In this document: positions 1 to 11,926 of the stretch, one piece after another | Layout of the letters: the number at the start of each line of letters is the position of its first letter | Position numbering within the stretch: the stretch's first letter is position 1 | Assembly: GCF_036321535.1 (NCBI RefSeq) | Contig: NC_087437.1 | Span: forward strand, 92,444,001-92,508,000 | DNA length: 64,000 nucleotides | Source: Camelus dromedarius | Lineage: Eukaryota | Direction of reading: 5' to 3' | The notes under the pieces: generated by a model | What the model was told of the DNA's origin: nothing | Database searches by the model: none | What the model saw: only the letters and a program-made list of their open reading frames with translations | Made by a program: the position numbers and the translations under genes

Positions 1-489
1 TAAAGAAATATTGTATGACTATGAAAAATTTTAACTTTCTTTTCTTAAATACTAAGTTAAATAGCTTATATTTGCTACAAAATTATAGAAGCTTAAAATT
101 GTAATATGAATGGCACTAATATAAATGCTTGAGAAATATTTTAATAGGTTGAATAAAAATACAGAGCTTAGAAAGATACCCCTTATAATAACAAAACAAG
201 TGGTAAACAAACATATAAAAAGTTAATCATCATTAACAACCATAGAAATAAAAAAATAAAATAGAAACCATTTTTCTCACATAGCTTTTTAACAAAGCTT
301 GAAAAATACTAAAAATCAAATCTGACAGATATGATATAAACAACTTACTTTCAATACTCAGTAGAGACAAGGTAAATTAAGAAAGCCTGTTTAGAAAAAA
401 GATACATATATATATAGAGAGAGATTTAATTAGCTATTGTATTAAAGTAACTGTATATTTTATGTATATTGTCAATTTATAAAAAAAAT

Positions 490-880
490 TTACCAGGATT
501 TTGATTGGAATTGCATTGATAATTGGCATTTTGGCAATGCTGAGTGTTCTCTCTGTGAACATGGCTTTCTCTTCTGTAATTTAGCTCTTTTTCACTTTCT
601 CTCAGTTATCTTTTACAGTTTTCAGTATAAAGGCTCTACACATATTTTTCAGATATATAGCTACTTTATATTTTTAATACTTTCATATATGGTACAATAT
701 TTTGCCAATTTGCTCATCTCGCTTATTATGTCTAACAGCTTTTTTGTATATATCGTTGGACTTCTAAATAGACAGAATGAAGACAGTTTTAGTACTTTCT
801 TCCAATCCAGATGCATTTTATTTCTTTTCTTGCTATTTTGAATGGTAAGGACTGTCTGTACAATAAAGTGATGAGACCAT
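490..880 (-). mobile_element. Old L1M ORF2 fragment
   Basis: Antisense L1 motifs ggattttgattggaattgcattga, ttttcagtataaagg, ttttatttctttttcttg. Confidence 0.65.
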
Positions 881-1031
881 TCATTTCAAGGTTGGAAGAT
901 GCCAGAAATAATAGTAATTTGCCATTTGTAGACAAAGAGTTTGAGATACTAGTTAGAGTTATGCACTAACTACAAAAGTGATAAATCCCACATTATGAAA
1001 AACACTGAGTTAACATCTACAGCAATTTTAT

Positions 1032-1202
1032 TTTTTTTTAACTTTTTTTATTGAGGTATAGCCACTTTACAATGTTGTGTCAATTTCTGGTGTACAGCAC
1101 AGTGCTTCAATGGTACATGGATATACATATATTCATTTTCATATTCTTTTTCACTGTAAGCCACTACAAGATATCGAACTTAGTTCCCTGTGGTATATAG
1201 TA
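1032..1202 (-). mobile_element. 5'-truncated lineage-specific L1 3' end
   Basis: Poly(T) then ttattgaggtatag...tacaatgttgtgtcaatttctggtgtacagca; same family as the 3' UTR ending at 37215; candidate TSD aattttat (1024-1031/1203-1210). Confidence 0.8.
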
Positions 1203-2029
1203 AATTTTATCTTAAATTCCAATCCAGGGAACTGTATATAAGCCTGGGATTTCCCACAGCTGAACTGATTTTATGAAAGGAAGTGTTAATAATGTCTCCT
1301 TAAAACACTACAATAGAAAAAAAAAAAAAGAAACGCTAAAATATGCTGTAAAATTGAAGCATTAAAGTCTTACCCTAATTTTGGTAACCAGAATATTAGC
1401 ATTATGGAATTTAGAGAAAGAAAAGGTCTAAAATTAAGCTGGTCTTACAGTCCATTTAATGACTGAATTCCCCCTACCAAGGGTTTGAATATCTTCACTG
1501 ATAAATAATTTGCTATTTTCTAGAATACCTCATTCTATCTTTGGATTTCATTAATTACTAACATATTCATTGTGAAGTCTTCAGTTGAACAGTGTCTTTC
1601 AGTGTTTTGTTGTTTTTTGTTTTTTTTTTCTTTTTCACCCTTTGGTCTTTTTTCCAGTCTTTCCCTTCTCTGCAACATCTTTTCTCAATGTTAAAGTTAA
1701 TAAGTGACATCAAATATTCTTGTGATGATATATTTTCATGTCCTCTCTCTATCCTGGTCTATATTCTGAAAATAATTTAGTTTTTATAAATCCATGGTAA
1801 AACTATTATGTGCAAAACTTATTCCATTTTACGTATGAAAAATAAAGAGGCACCAATTCTTTAACATAGGATACCAATTTGACTTGTATGTTTTCTGTAA
1901 TAGCTTTGCTCCAAATCTGCTACTTTCAGTAGAAAAAAATCTTTCCTGTATCAGGTTATACAGTTCAGTTCAAGTTCCAGAAAATAACAATGTCATCTTG
2001 GGCTCATTTCCATTGGGATGATGGGTCTT

Positions 2030-2340
2030 ATTCATTCATTCACAAAATATTTATTGAGCATAGGTTAAATTCCAGGCACTAAAATGAAGAAAGCAAGCTC
2101 ATGCCCTCAGAAGTTCACAGGACAGTGGCTTTTATACTACCACATGAGAAGTGTTACATGGAAGAATATATGCGAAGTTAGTAACAAGTAGAAAAGGGAC
2201 TATTTAACTCTGCCCAAGGGAACCTGCAAGATGTGATATTATATGGCAAGAACGTTAAGGAATGATTAGAAGTAACCACGTGGAAAAGGGATGGGAGGGC
2301 ATCCCAGGCCCAGGGAGCTGTACCAACAAAGAAACTGAGA
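2030..2340 (-). mobile_element. L2 3' fragment
   Basis: ttcattcattcacaaaatatttattgagca tail motif plus L2-like body. Confidence 0.7.
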
Positions 2341-2357
2341 TATGGGACCTCCAAGAG

Positions 2358-3058
2358 TCATAAGAGCTGGGATCTGAATTCTTCCTCTTTTATACCTCCT
2401 ATTTGATTGTTCAGTTTGTTTGTTTTGGGTATTTCTCTTCACTGTGTCTCTTTCTTTGGAAAGTACTTGCAGGATTAGCTGTTTTCCCACTTTTATCCAT
2501 GGACTAACATGTGGAGGAATCCTGTGTCTAAGAATAGCCGATCTGAACGATTTTTAAAATATTCTTCACTGACGTAGTACACAAAGTGGGGAAGAGTGTA
2601 GCTTGATTTGTAATATATTAGCAAAATGATAAGAATGCTAAACTGGACAAAACTCTGAAGCCAACGGAGGCCTTGTGGAGAGCCTAACTGAGATGGGCAG
2701 TGCCACTGGATTGATGGAACATGTCAGCACAGTCTTACATTAATGAAAATAAAAGTCTTTGTGAGAAGCTTTAGCATTAGTACTTTTAGTAGCAACAGCT
2801 GTGGTGTCGATCTGCCTTAGCTGCTGTTTCATGTAGGTGACAGGCTGACAGGAGAACAATCAGGGGTTTATTTCTGGCTGAATTTTTAGTTTCTTCTTTC
2901 ATTTGTGGGTTATTGTTTGAAAAGAAGTGTACCCATATTCTCTGCTCTGTCAGCAGTCTTCCTTTTCAAGTTGTTGAAGCGTGTCATAGGTAGCTAGCAA
3001 ACAACTGAACTTTTTAAAGCCTTTTATTACATGTTCATGATGTTCTCTATGACTCTGA
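2358..3058 (-). pseudogene. Fossil terminal coding exon
   Basis: Acceptor cattttacttatttcaaag. Reads QSHREHHEHVIKGFKKFSCLLATYDTLQQLEKEDC*QSREYG...PVTYMKQQLRQ...KTVLTCSINPVALPISVRLSTRPPLASEFCPV*HSYHFANILQI/[fs]SYTLPHFVYYVSEEYFKNRSDRLFLDTGFLHMLVHG. True stop uncertain (2439 or 2358). Confidence 0.75.
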
Positions 3059-3133
3059 CTTTGAAATAAGTAAAATGAAGTTATATGTGCTAAAAAATTG
3101 GGTTTTGGCATTTATGTAACAAACTAGTTTAAC

Positions 3134-3284
3134 CTGCATAATTACTGGTATCATTGTAGAACTGTGTCACTCTAGCTTGCCTGGTGCTCTACAGCCATAC
3201 GTTCTAATGTGGAGATACATCATACCGATGGGCTTTCAAACCTGACTAGAGTCAGTTATTCTGCTTATTTTGAGAAGTGAGATA
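3134..3284 (-). pseudogene. Fossil exon
   Basis: Acceptor acacttgcag, weak donor AG|gttaaa. YLTSQNKQNN*L*SGLKAHRYDVS/[fs]LERMAVEHQAS*SDTVLQ*YQ*LC; frame ambiguous. Confidence 0.5.
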
Positions 3285-3576
3285 CTGCAAGTGTGTAAGT
3301 ATATGAACCCCACATCTTTATTAGTTGGAAAATTTATTCTCATGAATTCTCCCAGACAAAGTAAGACATTTGTGAAGATACATCAATGTTCTCAGTCTAG
3401 AGCACCAGTTAAATCACTACAGAGATACTTTCCCAAATGGTACCCTACTCCACTGAAAGAGTTAATATTGTGCCTAATCACCTCTAGAATTCTTTCTAAC
3501 ATGAAGTTTTCAGATATTTTCTGAACAAAATGATTTAAAGCAGTCATGATTGAAAACTGAAAAACTTGGTTAATAC

Positions 3577-3718
3577 CAGCTTCTTCATAAATCAGGAATG
3601 ATAGGTGCTAACTCCATCTAAGACATCAGAAAGCTCAAATAAAATATGAGAGGAATATTAAACCCATGTAGATTCGGTGGAGAAGAGACTGACATGATAT
3701 TACACAGTGAAGATTATT
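3577..3718 (-). pseudogene. Fossil exon
   Basis: Long pyrimidine tract with AG decayed to GG, donor CTG|gtatta. 142 nt, phase 2>0: IIFTV*YHVSLFSTESTWV*YSSHILFELSDVLDGVSTYHS*FMKKL. Confidence 0.65.
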
Positions 3719-3799
3719 CCACAAAACAGGAAAAAGAAAACAATACACACAAATGCTCTTGATGGGAAAAATGGGCAAGATATTTCTAATCACTTTGAA

Positions 3800-3950
3800 A
3801 TGATATTTATTGAGTGCTTATTAGGTACAACATAAATATTTCAAATGTATCACCTCATTTAATCCTTATAAGAAATATAAGGTAGGAAAGTAATTATCTT
3901 TATTTTATAACTAAATAATTGTTTTGCAGAGAGGTTAACTAATCTAACAT
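3800..3950 (-). mobile_element. MIR
   Basis: atttattgagtgctta...ctcatttaatcctta...agagaggttaac core motifs. Confidence 0.6.
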
Positions 3951-4649
3951 TACAGATACTGCCAATACTTTTAAGGATAAAACATGTTGAGCATATGGTC
4001 AATGATGCTGTATAAATTCATTTTGCTATTTGATTAAGAATATACTTGTCAGCTAGCAATATTTTATTGATAGTTTATCCAGTTATCAAGTATTTATTGG
4101 GCAGCATTAAACTTGTTGTTAGACAATACAAGGAGGTTCAAAATTAAGGTAAATTTTAAAATCATATAATCCTAAAAAAATGAATAACCCAAGAAGAGTA
4201 AAATTACAGGATAGGTAAGTTTTCAATGAGTATACCTTTATTATTAGATGGGGCTTGGAGAAGGAGAAAATGGGACATTGAGATATATTTCAGACTAGTA
4301 AATTGATGAAGCATACTTCTATGATAGCCTTCAAAGAATGCATATGTTTAATTTTTACTTTTATTTTATATAGCATTCAAAAACTTAGTTAAGGAAAGAG
4401 TACTATAATATGCTATTTTTTGTACTCATGCAAGGTATATCCCTTGCAGCTCAAAGAATTGTCATAAATATTTTAAAATTAGGCTGTAAGTAAGAATAGT
4501 AAATTATGTTTTAAAAAATATGACTAGCTCACATAGGTATAAAAACAAATAATCGTAGTCTGCTTCTTCTCATTTGTACATTAAAAATCTGAAGCATGTG
4601 GAAATGCTATGTTTATGTTAATCAATACTTAAGAAACATAATACCCACA

Positions 4650-5231
4650 TATTAGTTAAGGCGCTCCAGAGAAATGGAACCACTAGGATATATATAAAGT
4701 TGTTTTACAGAGAAATCTAATATACATATATAATTATATTCAGTTAGCTGATATGTATATATATAGACAGAGAGACGGAGACAAGAGACACAGAGACACA
4801 GATACATACAGAGGGGAGAGATTTGTTTTAGGAATTGGCCCATAAGATTATGCAGGGTTATTATCAAGAAGTCCCATGATCTGTCCCCTGCAAGTCAAAG
4901 AATCAATGACATAATTCAGCCTAAGTTTGAAGGTCTGAGAACCAAGGGTGCCAGTATTCAAGGACAAGATAAGGCATATGTCCCAGCACAAATAGAGAGC
5001 AAATTTACTCTTCCTCCACCCTTTTGTTCTATTCAAGCCCTCAACATATTGGATGATGTCCATCCACATTGGTGAGGGAGATCTTTTTCACTTAGTCTAC
5101 CAATTCAAGTGCTAATCTCATCCAGAAACACCTTCACAGACAAACCCAGAAATAATATTTTGTCAACTATTTAGGTATCCCTTAGCCCAATCAATGTGTT
5201 AACATTAAAAAAAAAAAAAACTAACCAGCAC
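4650..5231 (-). mobile_element. MLT2-type ERVL solo LTR
   Basis: attagttaaggcgctccagagaaatggaacc...aggaattggc...ggtgagggagatc...aaccagcaca matches the antisense MLT2 layout. Confidence 0.85.
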
Positions 5232-5379
5232 AATATGTTAATTAAAAACACTTAATTCAAATAGAAAAGTATAAAGCAGGATATTATAAAATCTTTACCC
5301 AGACTACACAAGGGTAAACAGTTAATATTTTGCTGTACAGATCTTTGAACAAGCATGTATTTAAAGCTAGTCATAGATC

Positions 5380-6420
5380 ACTTACAATGTATGTGCACTT
5401 TACCAGTCAACAAGAACAGACTTCTAACCTCGCAAATATTACATTCTGGTAGGAAATCCAGGCACATCAACAGACAGTCTGATGAGTGTGTGAACAGAAA
5501 TGCAGCAAGGCTTGGGATGAGACCCTAACCCAGATTTTCTGAACATAAAAAGATGCCCAAATCAAGTGATACCAAAACTAAGACTTGGAGATCTTAGCTC
5601 AGGGGAAGGATTAGGAAAGAAAACAGGAAAAAAAGAGAACTGTTTCTCAAAGAGAATCTCATGTTCAGAGATGCAGTGGGGAGAGAGAATAGCACTGTAT
5701 TCAAGAAAGTTAAAAAAAAAAAAAAAACCTCAGTTTCTGTAACAAATTTTTCTAGAAGTGAAGTGGAGACAAATGAGACTAGAGAAATATGAGAACGTTC
5801 ACACAGGATTTTTAAAGTCATAATAAGAACTTTGAATTTCATCCCAAAGGCAATGGGACCACAAAAAGACTTTTAAATAGGCAAGTAACCGTGAGCAGAT
5901 TCACATTTGGGAGAGATTGCATTGGGAGTCAGTCAGCCAGTTAGAAAACTGAAGCAGTGATTCAAGTAAGAGACTATGATGACTTGAGCTAGGTTGATGA
6001 CAGTGGGGACAGAAAGAAGTGCATGGATTGGAGAGCTTACTTTTCAGTTTAGAAAAAAATGTGTTGTTGTTGAGATGCAGAAGAGAGAGAGAAATAAACC
6101 AAGAATGAAGACACGGTTTTGAGTTTGGGCAACTGGGCAAATAAAATCACTGTTGGCTGAGACAAGTGATGTAGGAGGATGATCAGACTTAACAAGAAAA
6201 ACAGTGAGCTCGGTTTCAGAGATGCTGAATTTGAGGCTTTGATGCTCAGGTAGACATGTCAAGCAAACAGTTGAAAATATGGATACTTAGAGGATCCAAA
6301 CATCAGTGATATCATTACCAGATTTGTTAGTAGGATGACTGGGGAGTGTGAATAAAGAAGGCGCAGGACATAAGTCATATTTGGGGCTGGGCAGATTAAG
6401 AAGAAATTACAATGGTAATT
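5380..6420 (-). mobile_element. L2 body
   Basis: Purine-rich L2 antisense motifs (ttgaatttcatcccaaaggcaatggga, gttttgagtttgggcaactggg, atgctgaatttgagg). Confidence 0.75.
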
Positions 6421-6683
6421 TTTAAAGGAAAAGTCAAATAGATTCATTCACATATTTTCTGTATATTTATTGAACATTGAAGAGACCGGCACTGTTTTCA
6501 GGGGTTGAAGAAATGTAATAACCTAAGGTTCCTGCCCCTAATGGTGGGCTATGGAAACCAGGAAGGGGGGCTGGGGCACAGTGCTTCAAGACACAAGTAG
6601 TGGATAATTAAGTTTTTAAAAACTATGTAGTAATCTTTTTTCCCAAATGTTCCGTTTTTACTCATTGAACAATGTGATTCTAC

Positions 6684-8136
6684 CTAAATCTGGTGTTTTC
6701 TAAAACAAGAATGAGTAGGTATTCTTTAGATGTCCTTACATTTATCCCAGATTTGGTTAGATTCCTCTCAGATCTTCCTAGAGACACACTGGTATCGGTT
6801 TAAGTAACTTTTGCAATGGTTGGGGGCTTGGGGGACTGTACTGTCAGCAGGAAAATGTCTTCTTTGTATGTTGCACCTCTCTGTCTGTACAAGACTCCAT
6901 GCCAGGAATGTGTGCTTTTATTGACTTCGCTCCCAGTGCAGAACATGGTTTGTCTGTGTCTGTAGAAAATTCCCTGCCCTCATGCGCTAATGGTCTTCCT
7001 CCCATTACTGTTGTCAACATGCTTATCTTAAAGGGCCAAAATGATCCAGGAGGAATGTTCTCTATCACACTGCCAGTCCTAATACTCTCCTTGGTCCTTC
7101 AAACTACATGGTTAAGTTCTCCTCTACTCACTTTCTGTGATACTGTACTCCTTTCTCAGGAAAACAATATTTTATTAAGCTTTCTCTATTATGATTCTGT
7201 ACCAGTTACAGAGTGCAAAGGAGAGAGTTTTCCCACATGAACAAGCAATTCTAGGACATCAGCTGTGTGCCCTAAAATTCAATTCAATTTTGACACTACC
7301 TGGAGATAGCATCAGATTCCATAGGTGAAGACCTCAGTCCTACAAGACTGCCCCACCTCACTCCACCCCAACTTTAGATGCCAGTTGCAAGTCTAGGTTA
7401 CCACCTGTACTTTGGGCTCACTAGCTAACGACTAGGGGTTCCAATGACCCCCTCCTTGGGTTTCATTAATTTCCTAGAGCAGCTCACAAAATTTAGAGAA
7501 ACATTTTGCTTACTAGATTATCAGTTTATTATGAAAAGAATATAACTCAAAATAGCCAAATGGAAAAGATGCATAGGGCAAGATATGGAGAAGGGGCACA
7601 GAACTTCCATGCCTTCTCTGAGTGCACCACTCCCCAAATCCACATGTGTTCACCAATCTGGAAGCTCTTTGAACCCCATCCTGTTGGGGTTTTATGGAGG
7701 CTTCCTAACATAGGCACAATTGATTGAATCATCGGCCATTGGCCATCAATTCAATCTCCAGCCCCTCTCCACTTTCTAGAGGTCAGAGGGGTAAGACTAA
7801 AAGTTCCAAGCCTTCAATCACGTGATTGGTTATCCTGGCAGCCAGCCAAAAGTTACTCCATTAACATAACAAAGACCCCTTATGCTCTCATCACTTAGGA
7901 AATTCCAAGGGTTTAGAAGCTCTGTGCCAGAAGTGAATGAAGACATACATATAATTATTAAAAATCACAACATCCAACTATATTTTCTAATCTGGCTCCA
8001 AGTGAACTATTTTTGATCAAAATCTTGATATTGCAGGCACAGGCATGACATGAACTTAGTTTCTAAAACTGGTCATGCTCTTATCCCCTTATTTTCATTC
8101 CTTTGGAACATTTCAGTGTTAAATCCTGCTCTAATA
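6684..8136 (-). pseudogene. Fossil exon split by MER21-like LTR
   Basis: Acceptor ctcctcttccatatattacccag. LEQDLTLKCSKG...ARLENIVG [LTR 7198-7976] ...RTKESIRTGSVIENIPPGSFWPFKISML.../YKEDIFLLTVQSPKPP...KEYLLILVLENTRF, AG|gtagaa (phase 2, matches next exon). Confidence 0.6.
7198..7976 (-). mobile_element. MER21-like solo LTR
   Basis: Reverse complement begins tgttgtgatt...ctggcacagagcttctaaacccttggaatttcctaagtgat, matching the recalled MER21C 5' end; other end TG at 7198. Confidence 0.85.
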
Positions 8137-8399
8137 CTGGGTAATATATGGAAGAGGAGATAAACAAGAAAAATCTTAAGTTTTTATGTTACCTTAAGTT
8201 CCTCAAATTACCACAAATCTGACAAACAAAATTCATTTACATAATAAGTACCATCAGTTAAGAATTAAATCAGTATCATGGAGAAGAAGAATTTGATATT
8301 TGAAATTTTATAACATTTATATTAAATTACATAAGAACTAGTCTCCCTCATCTTCTACAGAAGTATAAACTTGGCATCAAAATTTAATATTGCCTCATT

Positions 8400-8760
8400 C
8401 ACTTCCATGATGTTCCATGAGCACACCAAACACTTTTGCCCTCAGGGCCTTTGCACTTGCTTTTCCTCTACCTTGGACACCCTTCTTCCTGATCCTGCAT
8501 GGCTTGCTCTATCCCTTCCCTAAAGTTTTTATTCAAACTTTATTACCTTTTCAGAGAGGCATTCCTGGACAACCAAATATTTCTTCACAAACTGACTTAT
8601 TGTATATTTATTTGTTTATACTTTTTTACCTCTACGAGTTTCTAACTCCAAGATAAAACACAGTTTAGTTATTTCAGTTATTGCTCTGTCCACAGCATCA
8701 AGAACAGAGTTTGACTCAAAGTCAGTATTCAGTAAATACTTGTTGAGTGAGTTGTTGGAT
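8400..8760 (+). mobile_element. L2 3' end
   Basis: cctcagggcctttgcacttgct...tcagtaaatacttgttgagtga. Confidence 0.75.
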
Positions 8761-9019
8761 AAGTCACTTACCTCCTATTGCATAGATCACTTGGCACAGT
8801 ATTATTAATCCAATTAAATAAACAAAAATAAGGTAGCTAAAGATGATTATATTTTTTATTTATTAAACATTTATTAGCTTTATATACATATAATCTGCCT
8901 TTAGAGACAAGGGAGAATAAAAATCTTTATGAAAAAAGTGTAGAAAACTGTCTAAAGTATACATAACATTAAAAAAAAGCCTAACCCCACTGCTAAATAA
9001 TTTTATCATGTTCACTCAC

Positions 9020-9199
9020 TATCATTTGAGGTTTAGTCCTGATTTCCCAGCTGTGTTTCATGTATCTCTTCTCTGCAAGAAACTCCAAGGTCTGCTCCCA
9101 TTTATTTATTCAGATTTTATGCTCAAGGAGAAGTTATAATTCCTTGAGACAGAGCATCTCATTTTCCAAGACACCCCACAGATATCAGCAACTACACTG
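9020..9199 (-). pseudogene. Fossil exon
   Basis: Acceptor ccttttgtatag, donor ATA|gtgagt. SVVADICG/[fs]VLENEMLCLKEL*LLLEHKI*INKWEQTLEFLAE. Confidence 0.7.
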
Positions 9200-9264
9200 C
9201 TATACAAAAGGTTTCCATCCAAGCAAATAATTTGTTTTCTCATGAAAAATAAAGGATATCTCAC

Positions 9265-9381
9265 CTCTGAAGAGAGATTTTTTTTTTGTTTCTTTCATAA
9301 CTGTGAATGACCTGTGAGACCCATCTGGTCTTTCCACAAATGAAAGAAAGAAAATCCTTCAAGGGTAAAATATTACTTATT
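9265..9381 (-). pseudogene. Fossil exon (stop-free, intact splice sites)
   Basis: Acceptor ttgttttctcatag, donor GAG|gtgaga. 117 nt, phase 2>2: ISNILPLKDFLSFICGKTRWVSQVIHSYERNKKKISLQ. Confidence 0.8.
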
Positions 9382-9618
9382 CTATGAGAAAACAATTTTA
9401 AATTAAAAAAAAGAAAGTGTTTGGCTTGTAGCACGGCATGTGTCTGATTTGAATCATTTTCAACTAGTACTGTTGTACCACTTAAAATCTTTTTGTTGTA
9501 TAATACATATGTAAGAGGAAGAAAATATTTTATTTCAGAATAAGCATTTGCAATAAGCATGAAAACCATTCTCACATTATCAGAATAAATGAAATATTGT
9601 ACATGAATATTTTATAAC

Positions 9619-9740
9619 CTACTGACAAATAAAGTCAAATAATGCCTTTGCACCTATACACATTTTCTATGAAAAAGTTCCAAAATTATACTGGAATATA
9701 TCTCTGCCTCATATAGAGGATGGAAATAGTAACAGCCATT
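9619..9740 (-). pseudogene. Fossil exon
   Basis: Decayed acceptor (ctgcaa), donor AG|gttata. 122 nt, phase 0>2: NGCYYFHPLYEAEIYSSIILELFHRKCV*VQRHYLTLFVS. Confidence 0.65.
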
Positions 9741-9858
9741 TTGCAGAATATATAAAATAATTGAATGAGCCAAAATAAAAGTGCTTCTATGACAGTGGAA
9801 ACACATAAAAACGTTTTAATTAGCTTAATTTTAAAATTTCACTGGATTATTTTTGTAC

Positions 9859-10021
9859 ATAGGGTAATAATTTTTCATCAAGCATTGCTTCAGTTCATTT
9901 TATGGCGTTTCAACATTCAAGGTCACATGATTAAAAGACATTCACCAAATTTTATGCCAAAGCATTGGTTTCTCTTCCCTTCACAGGAATGTCCTTGGCT
10001 CAAATCTTTATCATATTTAAC
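9859..10021 (-). pseudogene. Fossil exon
   Basis: Acceptor atatccag. 163 nt, phase 2>0: LNMIKI*AKDIPVKGRETNALA*NLVNVF*SCDLEC*NAIK*TEAMLDEKLLPY. Confidence 0.6.
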
Positions 10022-10375
10022 CTGGATATTTTAATTATCTCCCAACTTGCCTTACTGCCAATAATTTCAACTCAATTCAAGTGCTTTTCAACACCACTTC
10101 TAGATAAATCTCTAGTATAGTGGAAGACACAGTAGTGAATCAAACAAAAATGTATTAAATCTTAGAAACTTTGGCTAGATGCATGCCCTTAGATAAATCA
10201 ATTACCTTCTCTGATTCAGTATCCTTGTCTGTACATTGGAGATGATATCAGCTCTGGGATTTCTGTGAAAATAAAATAAGGTACAATTTGGCAAGATGTA
10301 CCAGAGGTTGAACATGACAAATGCTAACTTAATTCCAGTTTTCATCCTTTTCCTTCCTGGAACATAAAACTTTAC

Positions 10376-10731
10376 AAGTCCACTCATTGGTGTCTTCCCA
10401 TCTTCTTCATGATAAACTCTAAGATGACTAAGGCATACAAACTCTCCATGACACATCAGTATTCCCAATGTCATTTCTCACTAGGCTTCCTCCAGAATGC
10501 ACCTGATGCTCCAACAACAGATAAGGCTACGTAGCTTTGCAAAATACTATGTATGTGGGTTTTTTCCAAACAATATGCAAGTTTTTTGTGGAAAGACACT
10601 GTACTTTACTACTAAAACATGCCTGAATTCAGAAATTCCCACTGTGTCTGATTATCTAGAAAGTTATCTTATTGATACTATCTTGCCCATTTATCCCTTG
10701 CAATATTTTATGTACTCTCAAGGAACCCTTC
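10376..10731 (-). pseudogene. Fossil exon
   Basis: Single frame, phase 0>2: EGFLEST*NIARDKWAR*YQ*DNFLDNQTQWEFLNSGMF***STVSFHKKLAYCLEKTHIHSILQSYVALSVVGASGAFWRKPSEK*HWEY*CVMESLYALVILEFIMKKMGRHQ*VD; donor gtaaag. Confidence 0.65.
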
Positions 10732-11029
10732 CTTCAGTTTGAAAAATAAGCCAATAGCATTCTCTTCATAGATAATACATATTAATTTAATGATTTAATG
10801 GCAGAACAACAACTCTAAAATGTCAAATGACTATGTAATAGCCTCTCGAAAAATCAGATGTATAGCTAAGGATAGCAATAAAAATATTTTATTTTACTAG
10901 TTTTCCTAACAGAAGAAAGATAAAGCATAAATTGTGAAATAGATATTTTAGTACATTTTCTTAAAGTTATGGTAATAAACATTAAAAAAACCACCTCAAT
11001 ACTTCTCATATCCAAGCCATTTTTCAATG

Positions 11030-11625
11030 TAACTTTCAAACCACATCATCAATAGAAAGAGTACATTTCCCCAAACCTTGAATATAGGCTAAACTTGTGG
11101 CTTGCTTTGACCAATATAATATTTGTGTGAAATTCCAAGCAGGGATCTCAAAGTTCTTAATATACTTTTACCCAGAACCAGCCACTGCCAAGCCCAGGAA
11201 AGCTGGGATATAAGAGATGATGTGGAAAAGAGTCTAATTGTCAAAGATGAGGAAATCATAGACTAGTCTAAAGATATTTGACATTCCTTTACCTAGAAAT
11301 TCCAAACAGGGATCTCAAAGTTCTTAATATACTATTACCCAGAACATTGCCAAGTTAACAAGCCCAGGAAAGCCTGTTGGAATGTAAGAGATGATGTAGA
11401 GAAGAGTCTGATTGTCACAGATGAGGAAATCATAGATTAATCTAAAGATAACTTGACATTTAAACATATGATATAGCCCTTCCAGAATTAGCAGAGCTGT
11501 ACACAAAACAAGGTTGACCACAGACTTGAATGAGCTCAGCCAAGGCAAGAACAACAAGCCAAGTGAACCATAGACTCATGAACATAGTAAATAATCTTTT
11601 AAGCTGGTGCATTTTGAGGTGGAAA
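11030..11625 (+). mobile_element. MLT1 (MaLR) LTR with internal tandem duplication
   Basis: cttgtggcttgctttgaccaat...gactcatgaacatagtaaataatcttttaagc; ~160-bp duplicated block. Confidence 0.7.
11129..11460. repeat. Imperfect tandem duplication, 2 x ~160 bp
   Basis: gaaattccaa(g/a)cagggatctcaaagttcttaatatact...ttgacatt at 11129-11285 and 11296-11460. Confidence 0.9.
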
Positions 11626-11926
11626 CCATTAAACTTTTTATTCATTTCATTCACACTGTTAAGCCAGACTATATGCAATACAATATTCAAAGTACTATAG
11701 TGAGGGAATACAAACAAAGTGAAAATAAATTTCATATATCTCCCTATACCAATTTTAAATGTCTTAGTCCTCTGTACACTTGGCAGTGATTCTTTATAAT
11801 ATTTTATACTGCCTTCTACTGTTCTTCATTATATTTCATACTGCTTCACTTGTCAGTTCACACTGGATAGGGAAGTAAATGTCTTAACATCCACGGTAAT
11901 TAATTCAAAAGATATGTATTGAGTAC

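Noticed and set aside
3290..3520. Possible extra exon (KISENFMLERILEVIR...)
   Set aside because: Resembles a decayed MIR-like segment and is not needed for phase continuity between 3577 and 3284.
6899..7240. 113-aa plus-strand ORF
   Set aside because: Antisense to a fossil exon and runs into the MER21 LTR.
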